Shown here piece after piece: positions 35,373 through 45,330 of a stretch of 64,000 bases of DNA. Source of the stretch: an uncultured delta proteobacterium (GTDB lineage: Bacteria; Desulfobacterota; Binatia; UBA9968); assembly GCA_963816145.1 (NCBI GenBank), contig CAWFJP010000018.1, positions 64,001 to 128,000 on the forward strand. Reading direction: 5' to 3'. The notes under the pieces were generated by a model that was not told the origin of the DNA, searched no databases, and was given only the letters and a program-made list of their open reading frames with translations. Each line of letters opens with the position of its first letter. Within the stretch, counting starts at the first letter, position 1. A program made the position numbers and the translations under genes.

Positions 35373-36161
35373 TCAGTCGACCACCGATCGATCGGCAACC
35401 AGCGAGCGCTGGAGCCACTGGAACATCCGCCATCCGACGGGGTCAAGCGCAAGTGTCGATGCCGCAGCCGCAGAGGCTTCGTCGGAGATCGGCCGCCCGT
35501 TCGGCGCTTTCACGTGGACCTCGGCCACCCGTTCGGCCATCACGAACCATCCAACCGATTCCTCCACCGACCGGCCGACCGTGAGCAGGCCGTGGTTGCG
35601 CAGGATGCAGAACTTCTTGTGGCCGAGCGCTGCGGCGATGCGCCTGCCGCCATCGATCGAAAGCACTTCAACTTCCTCATCGTCGAAGAGCGCCTGGTCG
35701 AACACGAAGGCACAGGCCTCCTGACTGAGCGCGCGGAACGGCTCGACGTTGGCCGACCATGGCGTACCGAAGGCGGTGTGGGTGTGAGCTGCGCTGACGA
35801 CGTCGGGACGGGCAGCGAGCAGCGGATGGTGGATGTTGTAGCCGGCCGTGTTGACGGCACCGGTGGCGTTGCCGTCGGCATCCTTCACCTCGCCACCGGG
35901 ACCGACCAGCACCAACTGGTGGACCGTCGCCTGGCTGAAAGGGACACCCCAGTCGAGCAGCCAAAAGTGATCGGTCAACTCAGGGTCACGGGCCGATATG
36001 TGGCCGTCGCCGAGCATCCCCCAGCGCATCGCGCCAAAGATGCGGTATCCAAGCGCACACATCCGCTTGCGGTGCGCCCGTTCGCCGGCAACCGAACGGA
36101 CCGTGCCGTAGGGCTCGACCCCGTCAAACGGTGGATAGGGACTCGTTGTCACGTCGCTCAT
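35373..36161 (-). CDS. Class II aldolase/adducin family protein
   Basis: GHISARDP, IH, AAHTH, LRNHGLLTVG. Confidence 0.9.
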   Translation of the reverse strand: MSDVTTSPYPPFDGVEPYGTVRSVAGERAHRKRMCALGYRIFGAMRWGMLGDGHISARDPELTDHFWLLDWGVPFSQATVHQLVLVGPGGEVKDADGNATGAVNTAGYNIHHPLLAARPDVVSAAHTHTAFGTPWSANVEPFRALSQEACAFVFDQALFDDEEVEVLSIDGGRRIAAALGHKKFCILRNHGLLTVGRSVEESVGWFVMAERVAEVHVKAPNGRPISDEASAAAASTLALDPVGWRMFQWLQRSLVADRSVVD

Positions 36162-36205
36162 GCTACGTCGCGCGATTTAATCGGGTGCAGTCTCGGCTTA
36201 CACTG

Positions 36206-36380
36206 AGTGAAACGGTTGAACATGTTTTTCTTAATATCGCCTCATGCCTGTGTGGTGCGCGCGGCATCGTTTTTCTTAGAGGTCGCTTTTTCGCTTCGAA
36301 ACGCTATCTCTAAGCTCTTAAACAACGCCTTTTAAGCCATCTTATATTGGCAAATCAAGAACTTGCTTGGTCCGACCCGG
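36206..36380 (+). repeat. About 175-bp repeat (second copy 38374-38558) ending in an IHF consensus plus GGTCCGACCCGG
   Basis: Direct alignment of the two copies; AATCAAGAACTTG matches WATCAANNNNTTR. Confidence 0.85.
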
Positions 36381-36582
36381 CGTCGGTCGCCTTTTGTCAC
36401 CCTTTTGGCTAGCGATAACTCTGGCCGGTCGGCTAAGCCGATTCTTACTGTGGCGAAAGCTCAGCGTCAAACTGAAGTCGATGATCGAAACGTCGCATTC
36501 AGAATGATCAAGATTAAAAGGCCTGGCCTCGGATCTTTCCAGATCTTTACCGGTCCGACGCGGAAGTTCAGCTTGAATCGTC

Positions 36583-36611
36583 TTGACCACAAGCTGTCTT
36601 GTATATACGAT
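36583..36611 (+). promoter_or_regulatory. Sigma70-type promoter for brnTA with an inverted-repeat operator
   Basis: TTGACC-17-TACGAT, 6 nt before ATG; ACAAG/CTTGT inverted repeat in the spacer. Confidence 0.65.
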
Positions 36612-36617
36612 TTGCCA

Positions 36618-36893
36618 ATGTTGTATCGGTGCGACGAACGCAAGCGGAGAGCCAATCTCAAGGCTCACAAGCTCGACTTTCGCGATGCACCCGAGGTGTT
36701 TGACGGCCTCACAGTTACTTACGAGGACGATCGATTCGACTATGGCGAGCAGCGCTACGTGACGTTAGGGTTTCTCAAAGGGATTGTCGTTTCCATCGTC
36801 CATACCGAAACCGAAAAACAAATTCGTATTATCTCTTTTAGAAAGGCGACACGAAATGAAGAAGCGTACCTCTTCAAAAGTCTCCAAAACTGA
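36618..36893 (+). CDS. brnT: BrnT family toxin
   Basis: DERKRRANLKAHKLDF, YGEQRYVTLG, IRIISFRKA. Confidence 0.9.
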   Translation: MLYRCDERKRRANLKAHKLDFRDAPEVFDGLTVTYEDDRFDYGEQRYVTLGFLKGIVVSIVHTETEKQIRIISFRKATRNEEAYLFKSLQN

Positions 36894-37134
36894 TTGGCAA
36901 GGACTACGGGCAATGAAGACATCTCAAATCAAGCTATCGAAAGAGCATCCGGAACTTGATCTCAAGCATGTCGCGCGGGCGATTGTTCGCAAGGGCCTGC
37001 AACCTATCCCGCCAAAGACGTCGATCGCGCTGCGGGTCGACGCCGACGTTGTCGAGTGGTTCAAATCCCAGGGACCCGGCTATCAAACGCGCATGAATGC
37101 TGTACTGCGAGCTTTTAAAGAAGCCTCAATTTAG
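36856..37134 (+). CDS. brnA: BrnA family antitoxin
   Basis: KTDW, LRVDADVVEWFK..GPGYQTRMNAVLR. Confidence 0.9.
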   Translation: MKKRTSSKVSKTDWQGLRAMKTSQIKLSKEHPELDLKHVARAIVRKGLQPIPPKTSIALRVDADVVEWFKSQGPGYQTRMNAVLRAFKEASI

Positions 37135-37362
37135 CAGAATCGCTCGCCCGCCTGGTTGCCGCCTTCGGCGAATCGACCCGAGTCGATACGAGTCGCCAAC
37201 CGCCGACGGATTATACGATATCGCGTGAATTTTGTTCGCGCCGCGGGCAATGCGTGCCGCCGCTAAAGTTTTGAGCGAGCTGTCCTCGCTGACAAGGACC
37301 TGACAGCCGCTCGCTTTTTCAACCAGGCTAAGGACCGTGCGGGTTACTTCTCGAAGTGTCAT
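37126..37362 (-). pseudogene. Truncated hypothetical gene (MTLREVTRTVL...)
   Basis: Its start lies inside the 190-bp repeat and it ends against brnA. Confidence 0.4.
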
Positions 37363-37541
37363 GGAGTGATACCATAGCATAAACGGATCAAGCACAAACC
37401 GCCCGCCGTCGGTATGAGACCACGTCATAAGATCGGGTACTGGCGCGAGCAGGCTCAGTGGAAATCGAATCGGCGAGGCAGGTTCATCGGTCGACTGATA
37501 CTTGAGGAGGGATAGTCAATAAAGCAAGGCCAGGCCCAATC
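37359..37541. repeat. 100-190 bp repeat family ending GGCCAGGCC(C)CAATC; copies at 37359-37541, 42257-42360 and 43566-43749
   Basis: Shared gcaggctcag.ggaaa.cgaa...ggtcgact.atacttgagga.ggatagtcaataaa. Confidence 0.85.
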
Positions 37542-37645
37542 ACGTAGCCTCCGTAGCCTGGCCCCCGAGCCTTAATCTGACAAGAGCGTTGCAATAAATC
37601 ATTGGGGTAGAATTTCGCCATGCCTATTGGCTATAATCAACCGCT

Positions 37646-37885
37646 ATGGAGGCTTCGATGGAAGTTTACCCGGGGATAACGATGAACTCGGAAGTGCGCT
37701 TTGGCAAGCCTTGTATCAAAGGCACAAGAATCGATGTTGCAACGGTACTCGGTAGATTTGCCGCAGGCGACAAGATCGAAGACATCCAAGAAGATTATCG
37801 GCTCACGCGAGACCAAGTCATGTCTGCGCTCGCTTATGCTACGCACGTTGCCGAGCATCTACCTCCCGCCGTCAAATCCGCATGA
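37646..37885 (+). CDS. DUF433 antitoxin
   Basis: GKPCIKGTRIDV, EDY.LT; TG-TATAAT just upstream. Confidence 0.9.
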   Translation: MEASMEVYPGITMNSEVRFGKPCIKGTRIDVATVLGRFAAGDKIEDIQEDYRLTRDQVMSALAYATHVAEHLPPAVKSA

Positions 37886-38241
37886 TCATCTTGCTGGATG
37901 AAAACTTCCCACTGCGATTCTATACCAGGCTGCAAAAAGAAGGTCTCGCGGTACAGCACATCCTGCTAACCGATCGCGGCATCGATGACAAGCAGATCAC
38001 CGCTCGGCTGATGCAGGAAGAGATGCTTTTCCTGACACAAGACGAAGACTTTGTCGAAGCTGCGCCCGACTGTAAGGCCAGCATCATCTGGTCTCGTGTG
38101 TCGCAATCGATGGCGATAGACCAACGGGTTGAAATCTGGCTTAACGCCGTGAGGCAGTTCTTTGCCAAACCGTGGAATGAAAACTTCTTTGAGTTATACG
38201 ACGACGGACAACTTCATCCCGTTGAGGTTGTAAAGAGATAG
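37882..38241 (+). CDS. DUF5615 PIN-like toxin
   Basis: ILLDENFP, G.DD, LTQDEDF; ATGA overlap with DUF433. Confidence 0.85.
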   Translation: MIILLDENFPLRFYTRLQKEGLAVQHILLTDRGIDDKQITARLMQEEMLFLTQDEDFVEAAPDCKASIIWSRVSQSMAIDQRVEIWLNAVRQFFAKPWNENFFELYDDGQLHPVEVVKR

Positions 38242-38373
38242 CGGTCTTCGCCGGGTCGGACCAACGACAAAAACCAAACCCACCAGGGATCGCGCCACCA
38301 GCTCGTCAGTGTTGGATTCAAAAGGTCTTGAACGGACCCCGGATTAGATTTGCGGGATTGCACGGCTAGAACG

Positions 38374-38558
38374 GAGTGAAACGGTTGAACTTGTTTTATC
38401 TCACTGTTGCCTCATGCCTCACGCCTAATTGGTGCACGTGGCAGCGGTTTTCTTAGAGATCGCTTTTTCGCTTCGAAAAGCTGTCTCTAAGCTCTTAAAC
38501 AAAGCCTTTTAAGCCAGCTTATATTGGCAAATCAAGAACTTGCCTCGGTCCGACCCGG
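38374..38558 (+). repeat. Second copy of the 175-bp RAYT-end-like repeat
   Basis: CTCTAAG at 38485, IHF consensus 38530-38542, core 38547-38558. Confidence 0.85.
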
Positions 38559-38595
38559 CATCGTCTACTCCGGCATCGTCTACTGCGATGGGCGT

Positions 38596-39615
38596 TCAGA
38601 TTTTGTAAAACCTCTTGGCATTTTCTCCCAGGATCAGCTTCTTGTGTTCATCGCTGATATCATGTCGGTGCTCGATTTCATCGATCTCGTGGCGAGCATC
38701 CTCCATCGGAATTTCATGAGGGAAATCGGACGCGAACATACACGGTTGTGGACCGATAAGATTCACGACACTGGACAGAGCCCTCTCATTTCCCTCACAG
38801 CCGACATAAAAATTACCACTGGTAAAGTAGTCAAGAACTGGCCTTTGGCAGTGAAGCTCGCCGTACTCGTGTTCCCTTTCGAGCCTGTCAACGATCATGG
38901 GAATCCAGCCGGTTCCTCCCTCCATAAACCCCACCCTCAAATTAGGAAACGCATCCCATACCCCATCCTGAATCATCCCTGTCATGGCAATCGCCAGAGG
39001 CATAGGCATCCCTAACGCTCGGGTTCCCGGAAATTTGGTGAAGGTGTTAAATCCGAGATCGCTGTAACTGCCGCCGTGGATGCCAACGGCGCAGTCCAAT
39101 TTTTGCGCTTCCTCGTAAATTGGCCAGAACTCCTTTGCGCTAAGGTGTCTCTTTAGGCCGTTGGAAGGAATGTAAGCGCCAACAAATCCAAGGTCATTTA
39201 CCGCCCGCCGAAGCTCTGCAACGGCACTGGGCGGGTCCTGCATTGGAATCAGAGCCATCGCCTTCAATCGTGGACTTTTTCTCAGATACGTTTCATGAAC
39301 GTAGTCGTTCCACGCTCTGGCGTATGCAACCGCCCATTCCGGAATTACCACGTGACCGTAAGCGAGCGCTGTGGTCGTGTAAAGAACAGTAGACTCTAAT
39401 CCGGTCTTGTCCAAATACTCCAGCCATTGCTCGGGACCGACGTTGAAATCAAATGTGCCTTTTTTTCGCAGCTGCGGAGTATGAAACTCATCTAGGGAAG
39501 GTAGTAATCTTCGCTCTGCGACGGTATCGGCGCTCCTCCAAGGTTCTTCCAGATACCCGATTAAGTCCGCTGCTCTCTCCATAATATGACCGTCAGCATC
39601 AACATAGTGTGGCAT
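38596..39615 (-). CDS. Amidohydrolase_2 family protein
   Basis: VDADGHI, GIHG, EGG.GW, ASDFPH, ILGENAKRFY. Confidence 0.9.
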   Translation of the reverse strand: MPHYVDADGHIMERAADLIGYLEEPWRSADTVAERRLLPSLDEFHTPQLRKKGTFDFNVGPEQWLEYLDKTGLESTVLYTTTALAYGHVVIPEWAVAYARAWNDYVHETYLRKSPRLKAMALIPMQDPPSAVAELRRAVNDLGFVGAYIPSNGLKRHLSAKEFWPIYEEAQKLDCAVGIHGGSYSDLGFNTFTKFPGTRALGMPMPLAIAMTGMIQDGVWDAFPNLRVGFMEGGTGWIPMIVDRLEREHEYGELHCQRPVLDYFTSGNFYVGCEGNERALSSVVNLIGPQPCMFASDFPHEIPMEDARHEIDEIEHRHDISDEHKKLILGENAKRFYKI

Positions 39616-39715
39616 GGTTCTCTCCTTTTACGACCGATCACTTAAAATTCCCCGCTCCGCTTATTCTTGGGTATTGTCGCGAGACTTTTTTCGCGGGCGA
39701 CCCATTCGCCGGACG

Positions 39716-40684
39716 TTACTTCATCGCTTCGTCAACATAACGATTAGTAAATGTCTGTTTGGGGTCCAACTCCTTGGCCTTCGGGCTATCGAGAAATTTT
39801 ATCCCGTTGGCCATCGCCTTCTCGATCGTCAGTAAAGACTCTGGGAAATAGGGTTGAATATATTCCAAGGTAGCCTGAAGGGTCGTCTCGTCTTGAACGC
39901 GGAGGTAGCGGCGCAGAGCTTTTTTACTGACTTGGGCGTCTGTCTTGGCCAAGCGCAACCCCTCGCCCATCGCCCGCAGAAAATTCACCGCCACGTTATG
40001 GTTGCGCGGAATTTTGAGCCAGGATTCCCGCGCCGCCACCGTGGCGTTAGGGTAAAGCCCATACTCGCTGTCGGCTGGTCGAAATAAGGCTTGAAATCCG
40101 GCTTGTTTGGTTTTTAGGCTAAATGGATATCCGAGCATTGCGGCATCGACTGCGCCGTTCGTGAGCGCCGCGAACGATTCAGCGTTACCGCCCGCCTGGA
40201 TGAACAAGACATCGGCTGGTTTCATGCCGCGAGAATCGAGCATCGCAACTGCGGCGAAATAAGTCGATGCGCCAATGCGGCTAACGGCGACCTTTTTCCC
40301 CTTCAAATCGTTGATCGACTTGATCTCGGGCTTGGCCATGCCGTTGATGGTGAGCACTTGCAAGTAACTACCGATGACGGTGAGATCGCTGCCGGCTAGC
40401 CGGCTGGAGACAATTCCCCCGCCGCCGGTCAGACCGATGGAAAATTCTCCAGCCATCATCGCCGAAACGATCAACGGCGTGCCGCCAAAAAACACCGGCA
40501 CGACATCTAAGCCTTGCTTCTGAAAAAGCTTTTCGTCGATCGCAATAAAGAACGGTAGGGTCGCCGCCGTGATCGGTGTGTAGCCGACGGTGAGCTTGAT
40601 GAGATCCGGTTGAGCCGCGTGCGCACGAGCACTGAACACGCAAAGCGTCACTAGGGCGGCGAATTTTAAGACTCGTTTCATCAT
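39716..40684 (-). CDS. ABC transporter substrate-binding protein (NitT/TauT, NMT1-like)
   Basis: Signal peptide (AHA), F.KQGLDV, DLKGKKVAVSRIG, GAVDAA. Confidence 0.88.
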   Translation of the reverse strand: MMKRVLKFAALVTLCVFSARAHAAQPDLIKLTVGYTPITAATLPFFIAIDEKLFQKQGLDVVPVFFGGTPLIVSAMMAGEFSIGLTGGGGIVSSRLAGSDLTVIGSYLQVLTINGMAKPEIKSINDLKGKKVAVSRIGASTYFAAVAMLDSRGMKPADVLFIQAGGNAESFAALTNGAVDAAMLGYPFSLKTKQAGFQALFRPADSEYGLYPNATVAARESWLKIPRNHNVAVNFLRAMGEGLRLAKTDAQVSKKALRRYLRVQDETTLQATLEYIQPYFPESLLTIEKAMANGIKFLDSPKAKELDPKQTFTNRYVDEAMK

Positions 40685-40961
40685 TCTCTCCCCAGCTACA
40701 CTCAATAGGTGTTGAACCACGTTGGGTCAATTTTTCTATTGCCGCGCACGCCCCCGCGACTCCACGCCAGCGTTACTTCAGCGGTTCGTCAACAAACCGT
40801 TTTTACCTTTATTATAGAGTCTGACTTGGATGCAACTGTTTTGCGCGCACAGAGAGAGGACGGAAGGATCAAGGAACAGAGAAAATCAAATCCACCCGAC
40901 ACGAGGATTGGAGATCCCCAGCACCGGTAACCGACGCCCCATCGATTCGGGTCGGACCAAG

Positions 40962-41527
40962 CTATGTCGCGGCATCTTCAACGGTTTCGTCCCAAGCAAG
41001 AGCGTTTTCCGAGCTTAGAGCCGCCTTTTCACCTACGAACTTGCCCGCGTAAGCTGCCGCCGGTTCGCACAGAACGTAACTTCCTTGCACTTGGGTCACA
41101 TCGCGATGTGCCGTTTTGAAACCAAGCTGATTCCGGACGTTCTCGACAAACGATAGACTGCCCACCGCGATCGATTCCGACCACCGCCGTTGACGAGCCG
41201 CCAAGCCGTTCTCGATCCCTCGCTCGACCCACTCACGGTGTGCTCTTTGAAAGTCCTGCAGATCCGAGAATCCACTCAGTTCGCTCAAGCTTCGCAAGTC
41301 GATGATTGCGTAACGCTTCGGCGGCTTTTGGATCTCAGCAAAACCGCTCTCCTTCCACTTCTCAGGGTGACTCACTACCCCGGCACGAACCATGTTCAAG
41401 TCGATGTAAACTAAGCAACGATTGAGATGTTGGTCGGCTTCGACAGCGGTAGCATGGTAGCGGTCCTCCCAGAATGGCCCATGGCGTTTTTTGCGCTCAT
41501 TGTACTCTTGTGCCGTGCGGCCGGTGA
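40962..41527 (-). mobile_element. RAYT/Y1 transposase, 5'-truncated copy (HUH motif lost)
   Basis: Long identical stretches with 34444-35010; cut at the promoter of the adjacent TA pair. Confidence 0.88.
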
Positions 41528-41556
41528 TTGCACACCAATGTGCAGTAATGTACAAT
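41528..41556 (+). promoter_or_regulatory. Promoter of the phd/vapC cassette
   Basis: TTGCAC-17-TACAAT with a TGCAC/GTGCA inverted repeat. Confidence 0.65.
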
Positions 41557-41580
41557 CCGGCTGATGGAGGGCGAACGTTT

Positions 41581-41811
41581 ATGATAAGTCTATCGTTTAC
41601 TGAGTTTCGAAGGAGAGCGTCAGAAATTTTGACTCTCGTCGAAAAGGGTGAAACGATTCGTGTCGTTCGCCACGGCAAGACAGTGGCGAAAATCATTCCG
41701 GCTGACACCGAAGAGAAAATTCCGGCATGGAAGCGACCCGGTTTGAGACTAACCCGTCCGGGCGCATCGCTCAGCAAGGCGATTTTGCAGGAAAGGCGAA
41801 AGTCACGTTGA
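41581..41811 (+). CDS. Phd/YefM family antitoxin
   Basis: SFTEFRRRASEILTLVEKGETIRVVRHGKTVAKI. Confidence 0.88.
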   Translation: MISLSFTEFRRRASEILTLVEKGETIRVVRHGKTVAKIIPADTEEKIPAWKRPGLRLTRPGASLSKAILQERRKSR

Positions 41812-42227
41812 ACGTTTTCTTCGATTCATCGGCCCTGGCTAAACGATACATTGAAGAGAAAGGAAGCGATCAAATTCAAGCGATCCTCTCTTCTGCTTCA
41901 ACTTTAGCCGTCTCGGTGATCTGCGTTCCAGAAATCGTCTCGGCTTTATGCCGCCGTCGGCGCGAACGCAAACTGTCAATTGAAGAGTACCGAAATGCCA
42001 GGGCATCGGTACTTTCGGACATCGACGACGCTACGGTCATCGGCCTTACTGAGGAAGTGATCGCTCAGGCGGTGGCGCTGCTTGAGCAGTTCTCCCTCGG
42101 TAGTGCGGATGCCTTACATGTCGCCTGCGCCTCGGCGTGGTCGACAGACCTGTTCGTTTCTGCCGACGACCGTCAGTGTACAGCCGCTAGAGCGCACGGT
42201 CTCCGAGTCGAAGCCATAAGGGTATAG
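41808..42227 (+). CDS. vapC: VapC (PIN) toxin
   Basis: FFDSSALAKRY, DALHVA, FVSAD; TTG start overlaps the antitoxin stop. Confidence 0.88.
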   Translation: MNVFFDSSALAKRYIEEKGSDQIQAILSSASTLAVSVICVPEIVSALCRRRRERKLSIEEYRNARASVLSDIDDATVIGLTEEVIAQAVALLEQFSLGSADALHVACASAWSTDLFVSADDRQCTAARAHGLRVEAIRV

Positions 42228-42477
42228 CAAATTTATACCGGCGACGAGGTCGCTAACTGGCGGAAGCAGGCTCAGCGGAAAACGAACCGGCCAAGCAGAT
42301 TCATAGGTCGACTAATACTTGAGGATGGATAGTCAATAAAGCAAGGCCAGGCCACAATCATTTCCGAAGCCCTCTTGGTTTGAGCGCTTACGAGCCTTCC
42401 CGGCCCGGAACCTTTGTCCCAGTCGATCCCCTGCCCCGGATTGTAAATGCACGCCATTTCTTCGTATACTTCGAATT

Positions 42478-42669
42478 ATGAAAAATGAATTGGACGCCCA
42501 AATAGTCAGTCTTAAAGCACAACTTGCCGTCCTGGAGGCACAAATCCGGCGGCACGAGAGCAAAGCCGATTTTGCTGACCTCTACGGCCTGTTGCGTGGT
42601 GAAGCCGAAAGCAGCGAGAAGGAGATTGATTCGGTCCGATATTGTTTGCCCAAGGATGGCGCCGATTGA
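42478..42669 (+). CDS. Putative antitoxin
   Basis: LYGLLRG motif; overlaps the PIN gene; TTGTAA-18-TATACT 7 nt upstream. Confidence 0.7.
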   Translation: MKNELDAQIVSLKAQLAVLEAQIRRHESKADFADLYGLLRGEAESSEKEIDSVRYCLPKDGAD

Positions 42670-43055
42670 TACTCGTCCTCGACACTCACCCCGTCGTCTG
42701 GTTTCTCGAGGCGTCATCGCGCCTTAGTTCTAAAGCACAGCAAGTTATTTCCGATCCATCGTCACAACTTATCATTCCGTCCATCGTTCTGGCGGAAATC
42801 ACCTACCTGTATGAAAGGAAACGCATCGCTACCCCCGCCTCTGAAATTCGCACACGATTGATCGCCGCGAATAATGTCGTCGTCTATCCCCTGGACGAGC
42901 AGGTCGTGGATAAACTGCCGACCGCGCTCGACATCCACGACGGCATCATTGTCGCCACCGCACTATTGTACCGCGATGTGCTGCGCCAAGAGGTGGCGGT
43001 AGTTACGAAGGATGAGATGATTGCCGGATCTGGATTGATCAACGTAATCTGGTAA
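42666..43055 (+). CDS. vapC: PIN domain toxin
   Basis: VLDTHPVVW, PSIVLAE, HDGIIVATA, VVTKD. Confidence 0.88.
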   Translation: MILVLDTHPVVWFLEASSRLSSKAQQVISDPSSQLIIPSIVLAEITYLYERKRIATPASEIRTRLIAANNVVVYPLDEQVVDKLPTALDIHDGIIVATALLYRDVLRQEVAVVTKDEMIAGSGLINVIW

Positions 43056-43172
43056 GCAGATTTACAACTCTCCACGTCGTCGTCGATGGTGCAAGGACAT
43101 CGTAGTAGACTTGCCCCGCATCTCCACATTTATTTCCAGCAGGCCGGAGAAAAACCGCGAAAAACGCACAAC

Positions 43173-43412
43173 TCATGCCTGACCCCGTAGCTGCTTCCAG
43201 CGGTATTTTGCCATCACCGACTCGTACGAGACCGTCGGCACTTTGCCGGCTTTGTAAGCCGACCACCGTTTGCGCGCCTCCTCCGCCCACACCCGGTCGA
43301 TCTCAGGATCCGGTTTATCGTGGTCAGAAACGATCGTCTCCAGCAAGCGCAGCTTTTCAACGTCCGACAGCTTACGAATCTCTTCGGTTATGTCATCAAC
43401 ATTTTTCGCCAT
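43173..43412 (-). CDS. Addiction-module antitoxin component (TIGR02574-like), no partner toxin
   Basis: LS..EKLRL...PDPEID..WAEEA..R...Y.AG pattern. Confidence 0.8.
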   Translation of the reverse strand: MAKNVDDITEEIRKLSDVEKLRLLETIVSDHDKPDPEIDRVWAEEARKRWSAYKAGKVPTVSYESVMAKYRWKQLRGQA

Positions 43413-43977
43413 TACTATTCCCCCCTCGGATCACCTCATGACAATAACTATCACATGGCAACGTTTCGCTCATGAGGCGCCAAATATTTTTCCCCGGCGT
43501 CGACATACTCGAATCATAACCCAGTTAGTTAGCCTTGGAAACCGCCTTCGACCTTCTCGAATTGGCATGGAGTGATACCATACCACAAACCGATCGAGCG
43601 CAAACCGCCCGACATCGGTACGAGACTACGTGAAAAGATCGGGTACTGGAGGAAGCAGGCTCAGCGGAAATCGAATCGGCCAAGCAGTTTCATCGGTCGA
43701 CTAATACTTGAGGATGGATAGTCAATAAAACATGGCCAGGCCCCAATCATGAATCCTGTTCTCCCCGCGCGCAATCCGCGACGCCGGGACTGTTTCGTTA
43801 CTTAAACTAGCCTGCCCTCGCTTTTGTTCGATTTAACAGAAATGAGCGCGCAGAACTTTGAGAACGAGGATGAAACGCTCGACCACTCATGCTTCGACGC
43901 CGCAGGCATAAGACTGTCAGTCCAGGGCACGGATCGAAGATAGTCGAGATGTAAAAGTCAGACCCTGAAAACAGGAT

Positions 43978-44199
43978 CTAGTTATTGTCGCCATTGAGAT
44001 ATTCATTCCAGTTGATCTTGGTTCGTTCACGCTCGCTTTTCTGCCACTCCGCCTTCGCTTCCGGAGTCATCGCCGCGACCCGGGCCGTCTCTTGGGTCAT
44101 CGCTTCGTCGTATTCGGCGTTGAGCCGGCTCACGGTGGCGCAACTCGACCCAAATAGGCCGCCGAGGAGAACGATCGCCAAAGCTCCGCTGTTCTTCAT
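43978..44199 (-). CDS. Small putative lipoprotein
   Basis: MK, hydrophobic stretch, GSSC. Confidence 0.55.
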   Translation of the reverse strand: MKNSGALAIVLLGGLFGSSCATVSRLNAEYDEAMTQETARVAAMTPEAKAEWQKSERERTKINWNEYLNGDNN

Positions 44200-45169
44200 A
44201 AAGATTCACCGCCCTTCCAACTGAATTATGAATCCCCGTCGTATCAGGGTTCCCGACACGCACTTTCGCCTAATTGGCAGCCGGGTGTGGCTGGAGAACC
44301 AGACGAGATTTTGATCCAAGCCACAGAGACTGCTCGACTAACTCGAGATACCAGCGAATGCGCGATTCATGGCCAGGTTTGGCAATCACACAATCTCGTA
44401 GTGCAAGACGCGACCCCGATTCCGATTCTTTCAAATCGCCGCATCGGCAACTTGAAAACCGTTTGCACGGAGTGAACCCAGGTTTATTTTAGACGGGCCG
44501 AGTAGGAGTGGATTAAGCCGCCCTATCCTTCGCAGCAGCCGCCACATTGAGAGCTTCCTTCTTGGTCTTGAAATACTCCCGTTTAGAAAGCCGATTCGCT
44601 TGCCGCTTGCGGCGCTGTGAATTGCGTTTAGCGTTCTGATTCATTCGAGTGCCTCCATGCGCTGAGTTTCCGAACTGTCTGTACACGTCTATCAATACCA
44701 CCATGGAACAACAATCTCCCGCTGTCTAGACGAGGGCGGCTGTCCCGCACTCTCATCGAGCGTTGCGATATTTCGAGAAGAAGTTGCCTTGGTCCGACCC
44801 GGCGTTACTCTGGCCTGCCGCTATGGAGTCTTTCGAGCTGTTAGTTGAGCACTTTCCGGTCGAAGGCAAAGCCACCGGAATTCGCATGAGGCGCAAGATT
44901 GTCGTGAAGTTAAAGTCAGACCCCGTGCTTTCCCCGAGTAGGTCGCAAAGACCGTATCGAAGGGCTTGAACGATTGGAACAGCCTTCGGTACTTTTTTGG
45001 CTTTGCTCGCCCCATCGGCTGTCTGATACCCTCGCCGAGCTTGCCCAGCAACTGAAACTTCATTACTCGATGCTCAGCCGAATTCTTAAAAAAGGATAAG
45101 ACAAGCAAGAGTAAAGATCTGACCCTCGTCGTTTGCTCACCTCTCCGACCCTCATCTCTCATCTCAAAA

Positions 45170-45249
45170 AGGAATCTCTAAGCCCTTAAACGATGCTTTT
45201 TATGCTATGTTCCGTCGTTAAATCAATCAGTTGTTTTGGTCCGACCCGG
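45170..45249 (+). repeat. RAYT-end-like unit (CTCTAAG, IHF consensus, GGTCCGACCCGG)
   Basis: CTCTAAG at 45176, AATCAATCAGTTG at 45221-45233, core at 45238. Confidence 0.8.
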
Positions 45250-45330
45250 TAGTTGACTTATACGCCGTACTTTTTCTGACGAGCAATAAGCGCAGCTTCG
45301 CCGCCATCCAGCACACTCAAAACGGCATCC

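Noticed and set aside
44274-44704. Short ORFs at 44287-44475 and 44513-44704
   Set aside because: No recognisable motifs, so I cannot support them as genes from sequence alone
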